NCBI GenBank assembly: GCA_964455675.1 | Contig: CAYVYK010000002.1 | Span: 133,791-197,790, forward strand | Direction of reading: 5' to 3' | Length of the DNA: 64,000 nucleotides | Source of the DNA: an uncultured Methanosarcinales archaeon | Lineage (GTDB): Archaea; Nanobdellota; Nanobdellia; Woesearchaeales; CAYVYK01 | Shown: in pieces, positions 38,472 to 48,646 of the stretch | How positions within the stretch are numbered: the stretch's first letter is position 1 | How the letters are laid out: every line of letters starts with the position of its first letter | Translations under genes and position numbers: made by a program | The notes under the pieces: generated by a model | Database searches by the model: none | Seen by the model: only the letters and a program-made list of their open reading frames with translations | Told to the model about the DNA's origin: nothing

Positions 38472-39605
38472 CTATTCGACAGTTGCCCATTCACTTCGGG
38501 TTTCTTCAGAGACTGCATCCTCGCTGAACGCTCGGAGTGCTACACGGAATGTCTGCTTACGTGGTACTTTGAGGTCATAGAATCGCTGCAGTACTGACGA
38601 TTCTCGCGGAACGTTAAGGTTCTGCACAAGTCGTTCATCAAAGAGGGCGGTTTCATTCCGTGCCTGTATTGCAACATACAAGCTGACATTTCGTGCTTCC
38701 TTGCTGCCGAGGTTCCTAATGGCAGCATCAATGTTGACATGGGCCTTTGTATCGAGCATGCGATAACTGTAGCTGGAATTGAACGTTACCTGAAGATATT
38801 CTCTTTCCTTGACATCGAGGATGCGTGCCTCTTCTGTCACATACTCATCAGGTATTTTGCCAATAGGCCAGTTTGCTCCGGTCGTCTCAAGATAGCAGTA
38901 CTGTTTGCCATTGTGTGTGTAATATGCCCCTTCAATCGTGTTTCCGCACTCGACTCCAGCCGCCATGTGATCAGGCAAGAGTATGAGGACCGCGTCATAG
39001 CCAAGTTCCTGGAGCATGGATACGACAAGAATTGAGGTGTCTTCGCAATCCCCGCCATTATCATAGAGTGTTTCGTAGGGGTAGCGTGCGTACTCGTCAA
39101 ACCCTGCTGTGACCTTGTCGCTCGTGTACGGAAGGGATTGCACAAAAGATGCTATGATTCTTGGGAAGTCTTCCGCAGGGTATCCTCGATCGATCGCTTG
39201 TTCTCGTATCCATCCTGTGATTTCAGATATTGCCGCATCATCTCCAGGGTCGGATGCAAAGAGGTCGTAGTCGCGGTGCCGGTTTCGTTCCTTATAATTC
39301 TGGTAGATTCCGTTGTAGAGCCTTAAGGCAAACTCCCATTGGTATTCGTCGTATTCCCATTCATACTTTCTCCAGAAATTTTCTCCTTCGATGAGCGAAC
39401 CCCATTCTTGCGGCGTATCATTCAAGTGGATGGTCTGATCCGTCGGTGTGCTTTGTGGCAGGGTTGCCTGCGGGGTTGTGCTCAAGGGTACTCGTGTTGC
39501 CTGCGGCGACGGCGTAGGTGTTTGAATGTTCTCTCGCGGCGATTCATTTGTGCACGCAACGAATAGAATGATTGCCATGAAGAGGAAAAGCAGAGCATGA
39601 CGCAT
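38472..39605 (-). CDS. Transglutaminase-like (Cys protease fold) lipoprotein
   Basis: FVAC lipobox, P/T linker, FVQSLPY, YPYETL..GGDCEDTS, DHMAAG, YLETT. Confidence 0.85.
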   Translation of the reverse strand: MRHALLFLFMAIILFVACTNESPRENIQTPTPSPQATRVPLSTTPQATLPQSTPTDQTIHLNDTPQEWGSLIEGENFWRKYEWEYDEYQWEFALRLYNGIYQNYKERNRHRDYDLFASDPGDDAAISEITGWIREQAIDRGYPAEDFPRIIASFVQSLPYTSDKVTAGFDEYARYPYETLYDNGGDCEDTSILVVSMLQELGYDAVLILLPDHMAAGVECGNTIEGAYYTHNGKQYCYLETTGANWPIGKIPDEYVTEEARILDVKEREYLQVTFNSSYSYRMLDTKAHVNIDAAIRNLGSKEARNVSLYVAIQARNETALFDERLVQNLNVPRESSVLQRFYDLKVPRKQTFRVALRAFSEDAVSEETRSEWATVE

Positions 39606-39699
39606 ATGCTATCCTGAATATCCTCTGGTTATATACTTTTCTGGCAATACCTCGGAATGATAACAAATGTTCTTATACTTAGAAACAAGGTACGGTTGC

Positions 39700-40605
39700 A
39701 TGGCGGTGCTGCGTGACATCAAGATCGTACTGCTTGTTGGGATTCTCCTCGGGCTTTTGTTTCCTCAAGGTGGCAGGTTTTTGTATCCGCTCTTCATTCC
39801 AGGATTGATCGTTTTGCTCACGCTCTCCCTCAAGCATGTTGCAGTATATCATGTGAAGAAATCACATTTCTCGACGATAGCTAAGCTTGTCATTATCAAT
39901 CTTGGGTTCGTGACAGTCTGTTACATAATTGCCGCGAGGTACTTCACGGATGTTGTGGTGCATAGGCAGGGCTTGCTCATTTTGGCGTTTATGCCTCCCG
40001 CATTAACGATTGTGTCACTCACGTATCTTCTCCATGGTAATGTGCTTGAGAGCCTGCTTGCGGAATGGTTTGGATATGTGGTTTCTCTGTTCCTCATGCC
40101 GATGATGATTTCGACGTTGGATAAGGAGGTATCACCGGTCGTTCTGCTCTGGATCATCGTGCTCATGCTCGTTGCTCCTCTTGTTCTGTCACGAGTAATT
40201 CATCACCTTGAGCGTTCATTCGAACAGATTAGGCATAAGTATTCTCCGGAGATCGTCAATGTGTGCTGGGGTTTTTCGACGTGGGTCCTTGTGAGCCTCA
40301 ACCATGATATGCTCATTCCGGGTTTTATCCTGCCGCTTGTTGTCATCTTTCTCGTGCTGAAATTTGGTATTGGGACGCTTGTGTTTTTGGTCCTGAAGAG
40401 GACGATCAGCAGGTCTGAGGATGTCGAGTATCTGCTCTTCGCGACGATGAAAAACGAAGCTGCGGGTGTCGGCATTGCGGTCCTCGCGTTTGGAATTCCA
40501 GGGACGATGCCTTTCGCGATCAGTGCGATCCTTGCGCCGTTCTATATCGGGTATGTGGAGTGGCTGACACATTCAAGGATTATTGACAGTAAAGATATCC
40601 GATAG
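39700..40605 (+). CDS. Bile acid:sodium symporter (BART/SBF)-like transporter
   Basis: About 10 TM; AFMPPAL, LLHGNV, MKNEAAG motifs. Confidence 0.7.
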   Translation: MAVLRDIKIVLLVGILLGLLFPQGGRFLYPLFIPGLIVLLTLSLKHVAVYHVKKSHFSTIAKLVIINLGFVTVCYIIAARYFTDVVVHRQGLLILAFMPPALTIVSLTYLLHGNVLESLLAEWFGYVVSLFLMPMMISTLDKEVSPVVLLWIIVLMLVAPLVLSRVIHHLERSFEQIRHKYSPEIVNVCWGFSTWVLVSLNHDMLIPGFILPLVVIFLVLKFGIGTLVFLVLKRTISRSEDVEYLLFATMKNEAAGVGIAVLAFGIPGTMPFAISAILAPFYIGYVEWLTHSRIIDSKDIR

Positions 40606-40677
40606 GTCAAATTATCGGGATGCTGAGGCGTAGCTAAAGCGGATAGCATAGAAAAAATAGAATCAACCTTTTTTGAT

Positions 40678-42540
40678 TCAATAGTTCAGCAGGACTTCAA
40701 CGTTCTTTCCGAACAGCTTTTTCAGGTTTTCGAGGATGCGTTCATGGATGAAGACTTTCGGAGGAATTTCCACTTTCGCGATGAATTCTTCCATTTCCTC
40801 AAAGCTTGATTTCTCGATTGCTTCAAGACTGCCATCCTTCACCGTTGCCTTCTGCACTTCCTTTTCTTGCGCATCAAGGTCGGGGATGATGAACGCTGTC
40901 GTTTCGAAGAGCAGTACTTCCGCATACTTCTCGCCGTACTTGCACCGGATGCGCGCGCGATCCACTTCGCGGCCGCGTTTTCTCTGCATGTACTCGATCA
41001 TGAACTTGATGAACTCGTGGCTGTTCTTTTTTGCCTTCTCGACTTCAGGTTTTGTGAGTTTCTTCTTGTCAAAGCTTTCTTTTGCTTCGATGATTTCACC
41101 GAGCACCCGCAGGTACTTTGCGGGTATCCTTCCTTTCGTGATGAGCTCATCTTCGAATAGCTTGATTAGTTTTGATTCTTCAGCTTGTTCGATTCCTTCT
41201 AGTCGCAGAACGTCCCTGATGACTGTAACGACGGTATCGTACATGTTAAGGACATCCTCTTCCTGCTTGCGCGTCTCGATCTGCTCAAACAGCTTCTTTA
41301 CCCGCTTGAGGTAGTCTTCCGCGTCTTTCAGGAGTTCATCGATTTCTTTTCCTGTGATTTCCTTTTTCGTACCGTGCTCGATGTCTTTCCTGATCTTGAT
41401 GACGCGTTCGAGTATCTTGATATAGGATTCCTCGATAAGTGCGTGCTTCTGGACGAAGACCTCTCGCATGATTTCAGGCGTTTCTCGTGGTGCTGGCGGC
41501 GCAAGGCCAAAGAGCATGAGCGCTGCCTGTGACGGTGTCAGGAGTGCGTAGTAGATATCTTCCATTCCGATATCTTTAAGCTTGAAGTGAACTCGCTCGA
41601 GCATCTGGTCTCCTGAGTTCATGAACATGTCGATCGCTTCAGCGCTCGGTTTGATCCTTCCCATTTTAAGGAGCTGTTTCCAGGGCATGAAGATTCCCCG
41701 GTCGAAGAATGGTACGCCATCGCGCAGGAGCGTGAAGATAACTGGGTTTGCTTCTTTCAGGCTGTCCCAGAAGTCCGTGAGGATATAGACTTGGATATTG
41801 ATCTTGTTCCTTATGCCGGTGATTTGGCCGGCTTCCATGCCCATCCCGATGATGATCGCACGGAGCTTGTCTTTGAGTTCAGCGCGCGTCATCTTCTTGA
41901 CGTCGGTGTCATCGATAACGATCCATACGTCGATATCTGACGTTGGCGTCGCGCGTCCTTGCGTAAGAGATCCGGCAAGAACGTAGCTGACGATATATTT
42001 TTCAAATTTCTTGAGTACCATCTGCTTATGGACTTCCGCGATCTTGATTGCGGATACCATGCCGGTCTCATAGATAGGCGCTGAGAGCGCGATCGTCTGG
42101 AGAAGGTCGTACTTTTGGTCAAAGCAGCTCTGCCACAATTCCGAAAGGAGAAGGACTTGCGGTGTGAGATTTTTGTCAACATTAGTTGCCATCGATATGA
42201 TGATGTCCGTAAGCTTGACTTTGAGCTCGTCCTTCGTCATCTTCTTGCTGTCAAGATCATCGATGAGGACGAGTATATGGACTGCGTCCTTGTTGTCTCC
42301 TTCCTTCAAATCTTCGGGCTTTGGCGGGGGAAGGAGTGTAATTCCAAAAATGTATTTATCGAATTTATCAACGACTTGTTTCTTGAAGTCATCGAGTTTT
42401 GCCTTGAGCGCAGTAAGTTTTTCCTCGAGTTCTCGTGGGATTGCAGGCATCGGTCCTGGAGGAGCAGCTTGTGGGCTGCCCGGGACGTAGTTGTCCTTCA
42501 GAACATCATCTGCTTGTTCTTTCTTCTTGCGCTTGGGCAT
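40678..42540 (-). CDS. Tandem nucleotidyltransferase-domain protein with HEPN-like C-terminal helical domains
   Basis: Intact VLAGS..G...SDIDVWIVIDD; degenerate first copy AVHILVLIDD; YYALLTPSQAAL and RKDIEH (Rx4H). Confidence 0.8.
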   Translation of the reverse strand: MPKRKKKEQADDVLKDNYVPGSPQAAPPGPMPAIPRELEEKLTALKAKLDDFKKQVVDKFDKYIFGITLLPPPKPEDLKEGDNKDAVHILVLIDDLDSKKMTKDELKVKLTDIIISMATNVDKNLTPQVLLLSELWQSCFDQKYDLLQTIALSAPIYETGMVSAIKIAEVHKQMVLKKFEKYIVSYVLAGSLTQGRATPTSDIDVWIVIDDTDVKKMTRAELKDKLRAIIIGMGMEAGQITGIRNKINIQVYILTDFWDSLKEANPVIFTLLRDGVPFFDRGIFMPWKQLLKMGRIKPSAEAIDMFMNSGDQMLERVHFKLKDIGMEDIYYALLTPSQAALMLFGLAPPAPRETPEIMREVFVQKHALIEESYIKILERVIKIRKDIEHGTKKEITGKEIDELLKDAEDYLKRVKKLFEQIETRKQEEDVLNMYDTVVTVIRDVLRLEGIEQAEESKLIKLFEDELITKGRIPAKYLRVLGEIIEAKESFDKKKLTKPEVEKAKKNSHEFIKFMIEYMQRKRGREVDRARIRCKYGEKYAEVLLFETTAFIIPDLDAQEKEVQKATVKDGSLEAIEKSSFEEMEEFIAKVEIPPKVFIHERILENLKKLFGKNVEVLLNY

Positions 42541-42544
42541 GGGT

Positions 42545-42739
42545 TCACTTCTTTGCCTTTTTGGCTTCTGCTTCAAGGTCAACGCCGAGGTCCTTGAGCG
42601 CTTTGACGTGCAGCTGCATGAGCTGTTCGACAATCTTGAGAATGCGCATGAGTTCGTCGCGTTCTTTTGCTAACGTGGAGAGTGCTCCCTTGTGAAATCC
42701 GATTTGCTCTTCATTGCTAACATCTTTCTTTTCTGCCAT
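42545..42739 (-). CDS. Small conserved-looking helical protein
   Basis: MAEKKDVSNEEQIGFHKGALSTLAKERDEL...; GGAGG RBS; ends 4 nt before the NTase gene. Confidence 0.75.
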   Translation of the reverse strand: MAEKKDVSNEEQIGFHKGALSTLAKERDELMRILKIVEQLMQLHVKALKDLGVDLEAEAKKAKK

Positions 42740-42989
42740 GTAACTCGCCTCCAATTGGTCACAACTCAGGAGTAAAATACCACCCATTTATAAAGAAATT
42801 GGGCATCCAAGCGATAAATGTGTGACATTTTGATCATATTCTTGGATCCGTAATATGCACAGGATACAAGCGTTCAAGTTACCCTGATCATTGCGCTGTC
42901 TCTCCCGCGCTTTCGTCGAGAACCTGCTGGAATGAGGAGTGTTTGTCAAAGGGGAATACCGAGGAGAGTGTGGACCATTGTGCCGCACT

Positions 42990-43025
42990 GCAGACGTGAG
43001 CGCAGACGTGAACGCAGACGTGAAC
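42990..43025. repeat. 12-bp tandem repeat x3 (GCAGACGTGA[G/A]C)
   Basis: gcagacgtgagc gcagacgtgaac gcagacgtgaac in an intergenic region. Confidence 0.9.
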
Positions 43026-43052
43026 GTATACATAGAGGTATACGTTTTTAAG
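43023..43052 (+). promoter_or_regulatory. 9-bp inverted repeat AACGTATAC-N6-GTATACGTT abutting TATA-like TTTTTAAG
   Basis: Perfect inverted repeat ending 30 nt upstream of ATG 43076. Confidence 0.55.
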
Positions 43053-43075
43053 CTACCAAGGAGTTACAACACCCT

Positions 43076-44029
43076 ATGGCCATTGATCTCCATATCGAGC
43101 CAGGAAAGGAGTACGCATGGTCGGATTTCAAGAGGGAGAAACCCCTGTATTCTATAGCACTTGACGGATTTGTGAGCGCCGCAACAAGGAGAGATCCGTC
43201 CGGTCCCTATGCCAATTTTGACCATCATGCGAGATCAGATCGGATTGCGACAAGGTCAACAGCTGAGCAGGTCCATATGGAGGTGAACCTGGGACTTTTT
43301 GAGACGTTCCGTGAGCGTGGGATCCCGACGGCGCATGTGTATGTGAATGATCCTGACGAGGACACTTGCCTTGCGTGGTGGCTCCTCAAGAATCACGAGC
43401 TCGTCACAAATCATGCAGAACCGAGGATCAACCGTTTGGTGTATTGTGAGGATCGCCTTGATTGTACCGCCGGAGCGTATCCTTTTGGGGATATATCCAT
43501 GCGCAGGAAAATGGCGTGGATATTCCAGCCCTACAATGATGCGCGATTCCATGGAAGAATTGCAGAAATGGCAGAGCCTGAGATGCGCTCCGTCATGGAG
43601 TCTGTGGAATCCCGCATCAGTGAGCATGTGTTCGGGCGTGGTGAGGAGATTCCATTGGAGGGGCACTACGAGAGGATTGGTGGTGGCAAAGGCTGGCTCC
43701 TCACGAGGGAGACAGGTCCAGCCTCGCGCATGGCGATGTATAATGATGGAGTAAGCGCATTTGTAGCTCTCGTGACGCAAAAGACTGACGGTTCGTATGT
43801 ATACTCGATCGGGAGGCGTTCAGTCTGGATTCCGTTCAATCTCCCTGCGATATATAACGCGCTTAACAGAGAGGATCGGGCGATTGTGACAAAGTCGAAC
43901 AAATGGGGCGGCAGTGATACGATTGGGGGTTCGCCGAGGGGTACGGGAAGCAGGATTCCTCCAGGCCGGCTGCAGGAGATTGTGACAGCCGTCGCAGGCA
44001 TGAGTGTCCAGAAAAAACAAGGGGCCTGA
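43076..44029 (+). CDS. Putative DHH-like phosphoesterase
   Basis: IALDG, NFDHH, NDPDED, C-terminal WGGS..IGGSPR. Confidence 0.55.
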   Translation: MAIDLHIEPGKEYAWSDFKREKPLYSIALDGFVSAATRRDPSGPYANFDHHARSDRIATRSTAEQVHMEVNLGLFETFRERGIPTAHVYVNDPDEDTCLAWWLLKNHELVTNHAEPRINRLVYCEDRLDCTAGAYPFGDISMRRKMAWIFQPYNDARFHGRIAEMAEPEMRSVMESVESRISEHVFGRGEEIPLEGHYERIGGGKGWLLTRETGPASRMAMYNDGVSAFVALVTQKTDGSYVYSIGRRSVWIPFNLPAIYNALNREDRAIVTKSNKWGGSDTIGGSPRGTGSRIPPGRLQEIVTAVAGMSVQKKQGA

Positions 44030-44117
44030 AGCGCTAGGCAAGAAAAACCTTATATATACGTCATCATTAGTCTTCTTAATAAATCGTCATTGATAAATGG
44101 TAGTTGGGGGCTAGTAC

Positions 44118-45908
44118 ATGAAAGTGGCAAATGAACCCGAAGTGATCCGCAGTTTTTCGCAAGTGGCAAGGGACCTCGAGGACGTCCGTAAATCTATCAA
44201 GGATATCCGCGGCAGCATGAACAAGCTTGAGTCCAAAACACTCGAATTTCCTGAGCGAGCCGAGCTTTTTGAATACATCAACAGACTCGATAAAAGCCTT
44301 AACGAGATTTCTGAAAAAGTGGTGAGCAAGGTCCTTCTCGACAAATTCCAGATTGAGACAAAGCAGAGGTTTGCGTTTGTCATTCGGCGGATCAACGACC
44401 AGGAGGACATGTCAATCCAAGCTGCGCGCGTTCGAAAGTTCCAGGAACAGATTGAGGAATTCTCTGGACGCCTTGAATCGTTTGAGAAAAAATATTCTGA
44501 GAAGTCTCTCTATAGTGATGAGCAGCATAAGAAACTCTTGTCTGAGATCACTCTGCTCAATAAGAAAGTCGAATCATTTACGCTGGCTATTGAGAAGGCA
44601 CAAGGCAAGTTCGAGGCAAGTGTTGATAGATTGCTCGATAAACAGTTGGCGAAATATGACTCGCAGATAGCGAGTTCCCTGCAGGCAAGCGAAAAGAAGC
44701 TTGAGAAGAGCATTTCCATGATTGCCCTAAAGCAGGAAGAGTCACAGGATGCGATGAGTGACCAGATGACCTCTGCGTCCGAGAAGCTTCGGAAGGACTA
44801 CGAGACGGATATCGCTTCGCTCCGCTCAGAGCTTGCGAAGGCGAAGAAAGCGCTTTCGGAAGACAAGAGCCTATTTGCCGAGAGAAACAAGGTTGAGATT
44901 CTCGAGCGGGAAATTGAGGAAGTCCGTTTGAACTATATTCGCGATATCGATTTTAACAAGGATTTGACGAAGATCAATATCGAGCTCCAGGACATGCATG
45001 ATAAGCTCGACCAGATTAATTCTCTCGTCAAAAAAGAGGATTTGGAGACGCTAAAGAATCAGCTCAGCGAACAGTTTCTCGAGCAGAAACGCCATAGCGT
45101 TGAGCTTGAAGCGCTCAAGGCTCGCATTCGTGAGGACATTGCGACTAATCAGGTAGCATACAAGGAGATGGTCCAGCTTAATGAGAGGCTCACGAAAGGG
45201 AAGATGATGCCAAAAGCGCTGCTCGAGCAAAAGATGATGGGGTATGAGCATGGCCAGGGGAGAAAGGTCCGGACTGTGCTCTATTCAGTATTTGCATCAA
45301 TCATGGTCATCGCGATACTCGCGATAATTTATAATTGGTTCACTGGAGGTATTCCTGCCCTCAACACAGCACTGTGGATTGCTGCGATCGGCGCGATTGT
45401 TATGCTCATCCTCTTGTCGCTGCCATACGAGCGCATGATGTCAAGTATGCGCGCAGATCGTGTGGAAAAAGAGCAGGTTAGTGTGGTGAAGGAGCAAAAG
45501 AAACAGAAAGTTGTGAAGGAGGCTGTAGCAAAGCGATCGAAACAAAAAACGAGCGGCTTAGGAATTTTTTCCACCGTGCTCAACTGGATATTTGTAATTC
45601 TTCTCCTGGCGTTTGTCCTGCTGATTATTGCGAATGAGTTTGTTCCTGTTCCGTATGTGAACTTTACTTATCTCTTGATCGCGCTTGCGGTCGTTGGCCT
45701 GATCGCATATCTGTTTCAGGATCCTGCCAAGAAGTACAAGAAGTCGCGCGAGTATGTGAGTCTCCTGCTCGGTATCGGGTGCGCATTCTATATTTACACA
45801 AGGATTCGGGACCTTGGCTGGATAGCGTACCTCTTAACCGTGGTAAGCTTTGTCATTATCGTCCTCTTGGCGATGTTTTTCTTGAGCTCAGAAGACGATA
45901 AGGAATAG
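44118..45908 (+). CDS. Long coiled-coil protein with C-terminal multi-TM domain
   Basis: About 380 aa of heptad-rich sequence followed by about 6 TM. Confidence 0.75.
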   Translation: MKVANEPEVIRSFSQVARDLEDVRKSIKDIRGSMNKLESKTLEFPERAELFEYINRLDKSLNEISEKVVSKVLLDKFQIETKQRFAFVIRRINDQEDMSIQAARVRKFQEQIEEFSGRLESFEKKYSEKSLYSDEQHKKLLSEITLLNKKVESFTLAIEKAQGKFEASVDRLLDKQLAKYDSQIASSLQASEKKLEKSISMIALKQEESQDAMSDQMTSASEKLRKDYETDIASLRSELAKAKKALSEDKSLFAERNKVEILEREIEEVRLNYIRDIDFNKDLTKINIELQDMHDKLDQINSLVKKEDLETLKNQLSEQFLEQKRHSVELEALKARIREDIATNQVAYKEMVQLNERLTKGKMMPKALLEQKMMGYEHGQGRKVRTVLYSVFASIMVIAILAIIYNWFTGGIPALNTALWIAAIGAIVMLILLSLPYERMMSSMRADRVEKEQVSVVKEQKKQKVVKEAVAKRSKQKTSGLGIFSTVLNWIFVILLLAFVLLIIANEFVPVPYVNFTYLLIALAVVGLIAYLFQDPAKKYKKSREYVSLLLGIGCAFYIYTRIRDLGWIAYLLTVVSFVIIVLLAMFFLSSEDDKE

Positions 45909-45946
45909 GGAGGGTCGCCGAGATTTGTAGATGTTGCACAGCCAGT

Positions 45947-46291
45947 CTACTTTTGATCCATATTCTCGTGGGAATCCGCTTTCGTGAATTCAGCGGCCTC
46001 TTTTCTTGCCAGTGTAATGATTAGATTAAGATCGTGCACAAGCATGTCGGGATTGATACCGTGGATAATCCCTGCATCCTGAACAGTATCATATACGTTT
46101 AGCCTGCATCCAATGCAGTGAAGTCCATACGCTGCAAAGACCTCCCATGTTTCAGGGTAGCGGTTGATGACCTCTGAGAATAGCATCGTTTTGTGAACAT
46201 ATGTTTCTACATGTTCAGCTTGGGGTTTACGATCGTCGTTTTCTGGTACTTTTTCCCGTACTGTTTCTTCAGGAGGGTCTTTGATATTCAT
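45947..46291 (-). CDS. DUF1858 (HCP-associated redox disulfide) domain protein
   Basis: EVINRYPE..EVF..YGLHCIGC...YDTVQDAG..HGI. Confidence 0.85.
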   Translation of the reverse strand: MNIKDPPEETVREKVPENDDRKPQAEHVETYVHKTMLFSEVINRYPETWEVFAAYGLHCIGCRLNVYDTVQDAGIIHGINPDMLVHDLNLIITLARKEAAEFTKADSHENMDQK

Positions 46292-46414
46292 GACTTAGTG
46301 GTTGTTTGCCTAAATAATAAAGCTATCCCTTAAGCCCCCACGTACAGGCACAAGTAACTACGGCGCCAAGTGTAACCATAATTAATTTATACAAATGATC
46401 GCTACCTTTGCCGC

Positions 46415-46867
46415 ATGGGGAAGATATTGCATAGGAGGCAAAAAACAGCCCGTCGATCATACGTGAATCTAGTTTCCTTTGAGGCCAAGGTCGTAGCCGT
46501 TCTGGTTGCATGCGCAATCGTTCTGAGCTTGGTACTCTCTCTCGTGCTCCGAAGGGGCATGCTCTCCGTCCTTGCCTCAATCCTTGGATTTGCGTATATC
46601 TTATTCATTCCGGGTTACGTGTTCGTTCGCTCATTCCTTCACCATCATGATCCTGTCGAGAAGATCGCCTTAAGTTTCGGGATGAGTATTCTCTTTGTCA
46701 TCGCTGCATTGATGTTTTCGAACCTTGTGTTGAGGATTTCGATTTCTCCGACGGCGAATTTTTTGATTATTTTTGTCGTGATCGCGCTCATCCTTGCGGT
46801 TAAGATGTTCGAGCGGCATATTTGCCGCGCGCTCAACTTGAAGCGTAAGGATCTTGTCATTGACTGA
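46415..46867 (+). CDS. DUF1616-like membrane protein
   Basis: LFIPGY...DPVEKIALSFGMSI. Confidence 0.75.
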   Translation: MGKILHRRQKTARRSYVNLVSFEAKVVAVLVACAIVLSLVLSLVLRRGMLSVLASILGFAYILFIPGYVFVRSFLHHHDPVEKIALSFGMSILFVIAALMFSNLVLRISISPTANFLIIFVVIALILAVKMFERHICRALNLKRKDLVID

Positions 46868-46902
46868 AAAGGTTTTTATAGCACTCTTCCTTGGGTGTTC
46901 GT

Positions 46903-47361
46903 ATGAAGACAGTCGCTTCGCAGAGGCCGCTCGCCAGTGTTACACTAAGAAAGTACGAGCAGCCAATGAACCTTGAGGGCTGGGAGCTCACTAAAAAGTT
47001 TTGTCTGTCGCTTGGCTTGCTCAATCCAGGTGACTCAAGGGATGTTATTGTGGATATTCTTCACGTGATTTTGTATAGCCCTACTGCTCTCACCGCTGCG
47101 GAGATCAAAGATCGTGTGGAATCACTTCGTGAAAAGATGGGCCGTCCGCTGAATGGTTGCGCGATGTCAAATGTTCTTCGTCAGATTAGAAGGCTCAAAG
47201 ACGCGATGCTTGTCGAGAAGCATTTGAATTCGTATCGCGTGTCTGAAGGAGAGTCTCTGCAACAGGTTCTGACGGACAAAGTGTTGAAATACCGTCTTGA
47301 AGGGATCATTTCGCGTGTTAGGGAGTATGCGGCAACGATTGATGAGCGTCGGTCACGATGA
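46903..47361 (+). CDS. Winged-helix-like hypothetical protein
   Basis: VTLRKYEQP, CLSLGLLNPGDSRDVIVDIL, SNVLRQIRRLKDAMLVEK...YRV. Confidence 0.7.
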   Translation: MKTVASQRPLASVTLRKYEQPMNLEGWELTKKFCLSLGLLNPGDSRDVIVDILHVILYSPTALTAAEIKDRVESLREKMGRPLNGCAMSNVLRQIRRLKDAMLVEKHLNSYRVSEGESLQQVLTDKVLKYRLEGIISRVREYAATIDERRSR

Positions 47362-47894
47362 TCTATGAGCCAAGGGAAGATTCGTTTCTTCTTGTTCGCG
47401 CTGCCCGGAAAGCTCTCTTGGATAGCGGCTGCGTCTCCGCTCTTGACATGGGATGCGGTTCTGGTATCGTGACGCAGGAATTGGTGCTTCACGTTAAGGA
47501 CGTGGTCGGTGCGGATATCTCTCCCCATGCTGTCGAGTATTGCAGAACGCATGTCCTCGGGAGTGGAGGCCACACTGTCCGCTTTGTTCAGTCGGACTTG
47601 TTCCAGAAGATCAGGGGGAAGTTTGATCTGATAACATTCAATCCTCCCTACCTTCCGGACGATCCGGAATTCAATGATCCTGCGCTTCATGGTGGGCCGC
47701 TTGGTTGTGAGGTTATCAGAAGGTTTTTGCGCGCCGCGCCTTCGCATCTGTCAAAGCATGGAAGAATTCTTCTCTTGCTCTCAAGCGTGAATGATCCTCC
47801 CAATTTACAGAAGGAATTCGCCTCATACTCCTGGAAGTGCGTGGCAAAGGAGTCCTTGTTCTTTGAGGCACTGAGTGTGTTTGAGCTCTCCTGA
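47358..47894 (+). CDS. HemK2/PrmC-type SAM-dependent (release factor glutamine) methyltransferase
   Basis: IYEPREDSFLL, LDMGCGSG, SDLF, FNPPYL. Confidence 0.9.
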   Translation: MIYEPREDSFLLVRAARKALLDSGCVSALDMGCGSGIVTQELVLHVKDVVGADISPHAVEYCRTHVLGSGGHTVRFVQSDLFQKIRGKFDLITFNPPYLPDDPEFNDPALHGGPLGCEVIRRFLRAAPSHLSKHGRILLLLSSVNDPPNLQKEFASYSWKCVAKESLFFEALSVFELS

Positions 47895-47959
47895 TGCGAC
47901 AATGGTATGTGGTAACCGTATCTGATGCTGTAATTAAATTCAAGATGTGCTGATCGCAG

Positions 47960-48646
47960 TTAGATAGGTGTGCAGAACCTGCGATGGCACGTGGGATCGC
48001 AGAATGAAGCAGGGTCATTGTTGATGACATAACCTGCATCGCACTCTTCTCCTTCCTCAAGGATTGCGTTACCACACTCGGGTCCCGATGGCGGCGACGT
48101 CGGCCTGCAGCATCGTGCGATGGGGTAGTCTGTGTCCGTGTTGATGCAGGCTCGCATGTGCGCATTCGTCCAGTTGGAGAGCTGAACGACACAACTGAAT
48201 TCGTCTGGGCAGAAGTAGTTGCTTGGTCCAATGATGCTCGCGTTGCATTCAGTGTTTCTCGCGTCACATGATATGCACTCGATGTCGCCATAGCAGACTT
48301 GGAAGTTTTCGTCGTACGTTCCACCGCTGTAGTTGTCCGGATCCTGACCATGCGCGTCCGTGATGCTGGAGAGGTTAATAACGCAGTTCGCGCCATTGTC
48401 CATGGGGTATCGCTGCTGGATGTCAAGGTCAACAGGTCGATACCAGCAGATTTCGTGGTCATAGTTCTTCGTGACATTTGTTCCGTCCGGATAGTAGGCC
48501 ATTTCTCCGTGCGCGTTTGCCGCGTCAGAAAGCCGAAAGATGATGCGATCGTTGATCGGGCAGTAATGCGCTGCTGCGCCGCCAATGGCAAGCGTACTAA
48601 AGATCATGATCACTGCAAGACTGAAGAATGTATCCCTGGCCTCCAT
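47960..48646 (-). CDS. Secreted Cys-rich protein with internal repeats
   Basis: Signal peptide; three LS..tNAH/TDAH repeats; CGNAILEEGEECD. Confidence 0.75.
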   Translation of the reverse strand: MEARDTFFSLAVIMIFSTLAIGGAAAHYCPINDRIIFRLSDAANAHGEMAYYPDGTNVTKNYDHEICWYRPVDLDIQQRYPMDNGANCVINLSSITDAHGQDPDNYSGGTYDENFQVCYGDIECISCDARNTECNASIIGPSNYFCPDEFSCVVQLSNWTNAHMRACINTDTDYPIARCCRPTSPPSGPECGNAILEEGEECDAGYVINNDPASFCDPTCHRRFCTPI

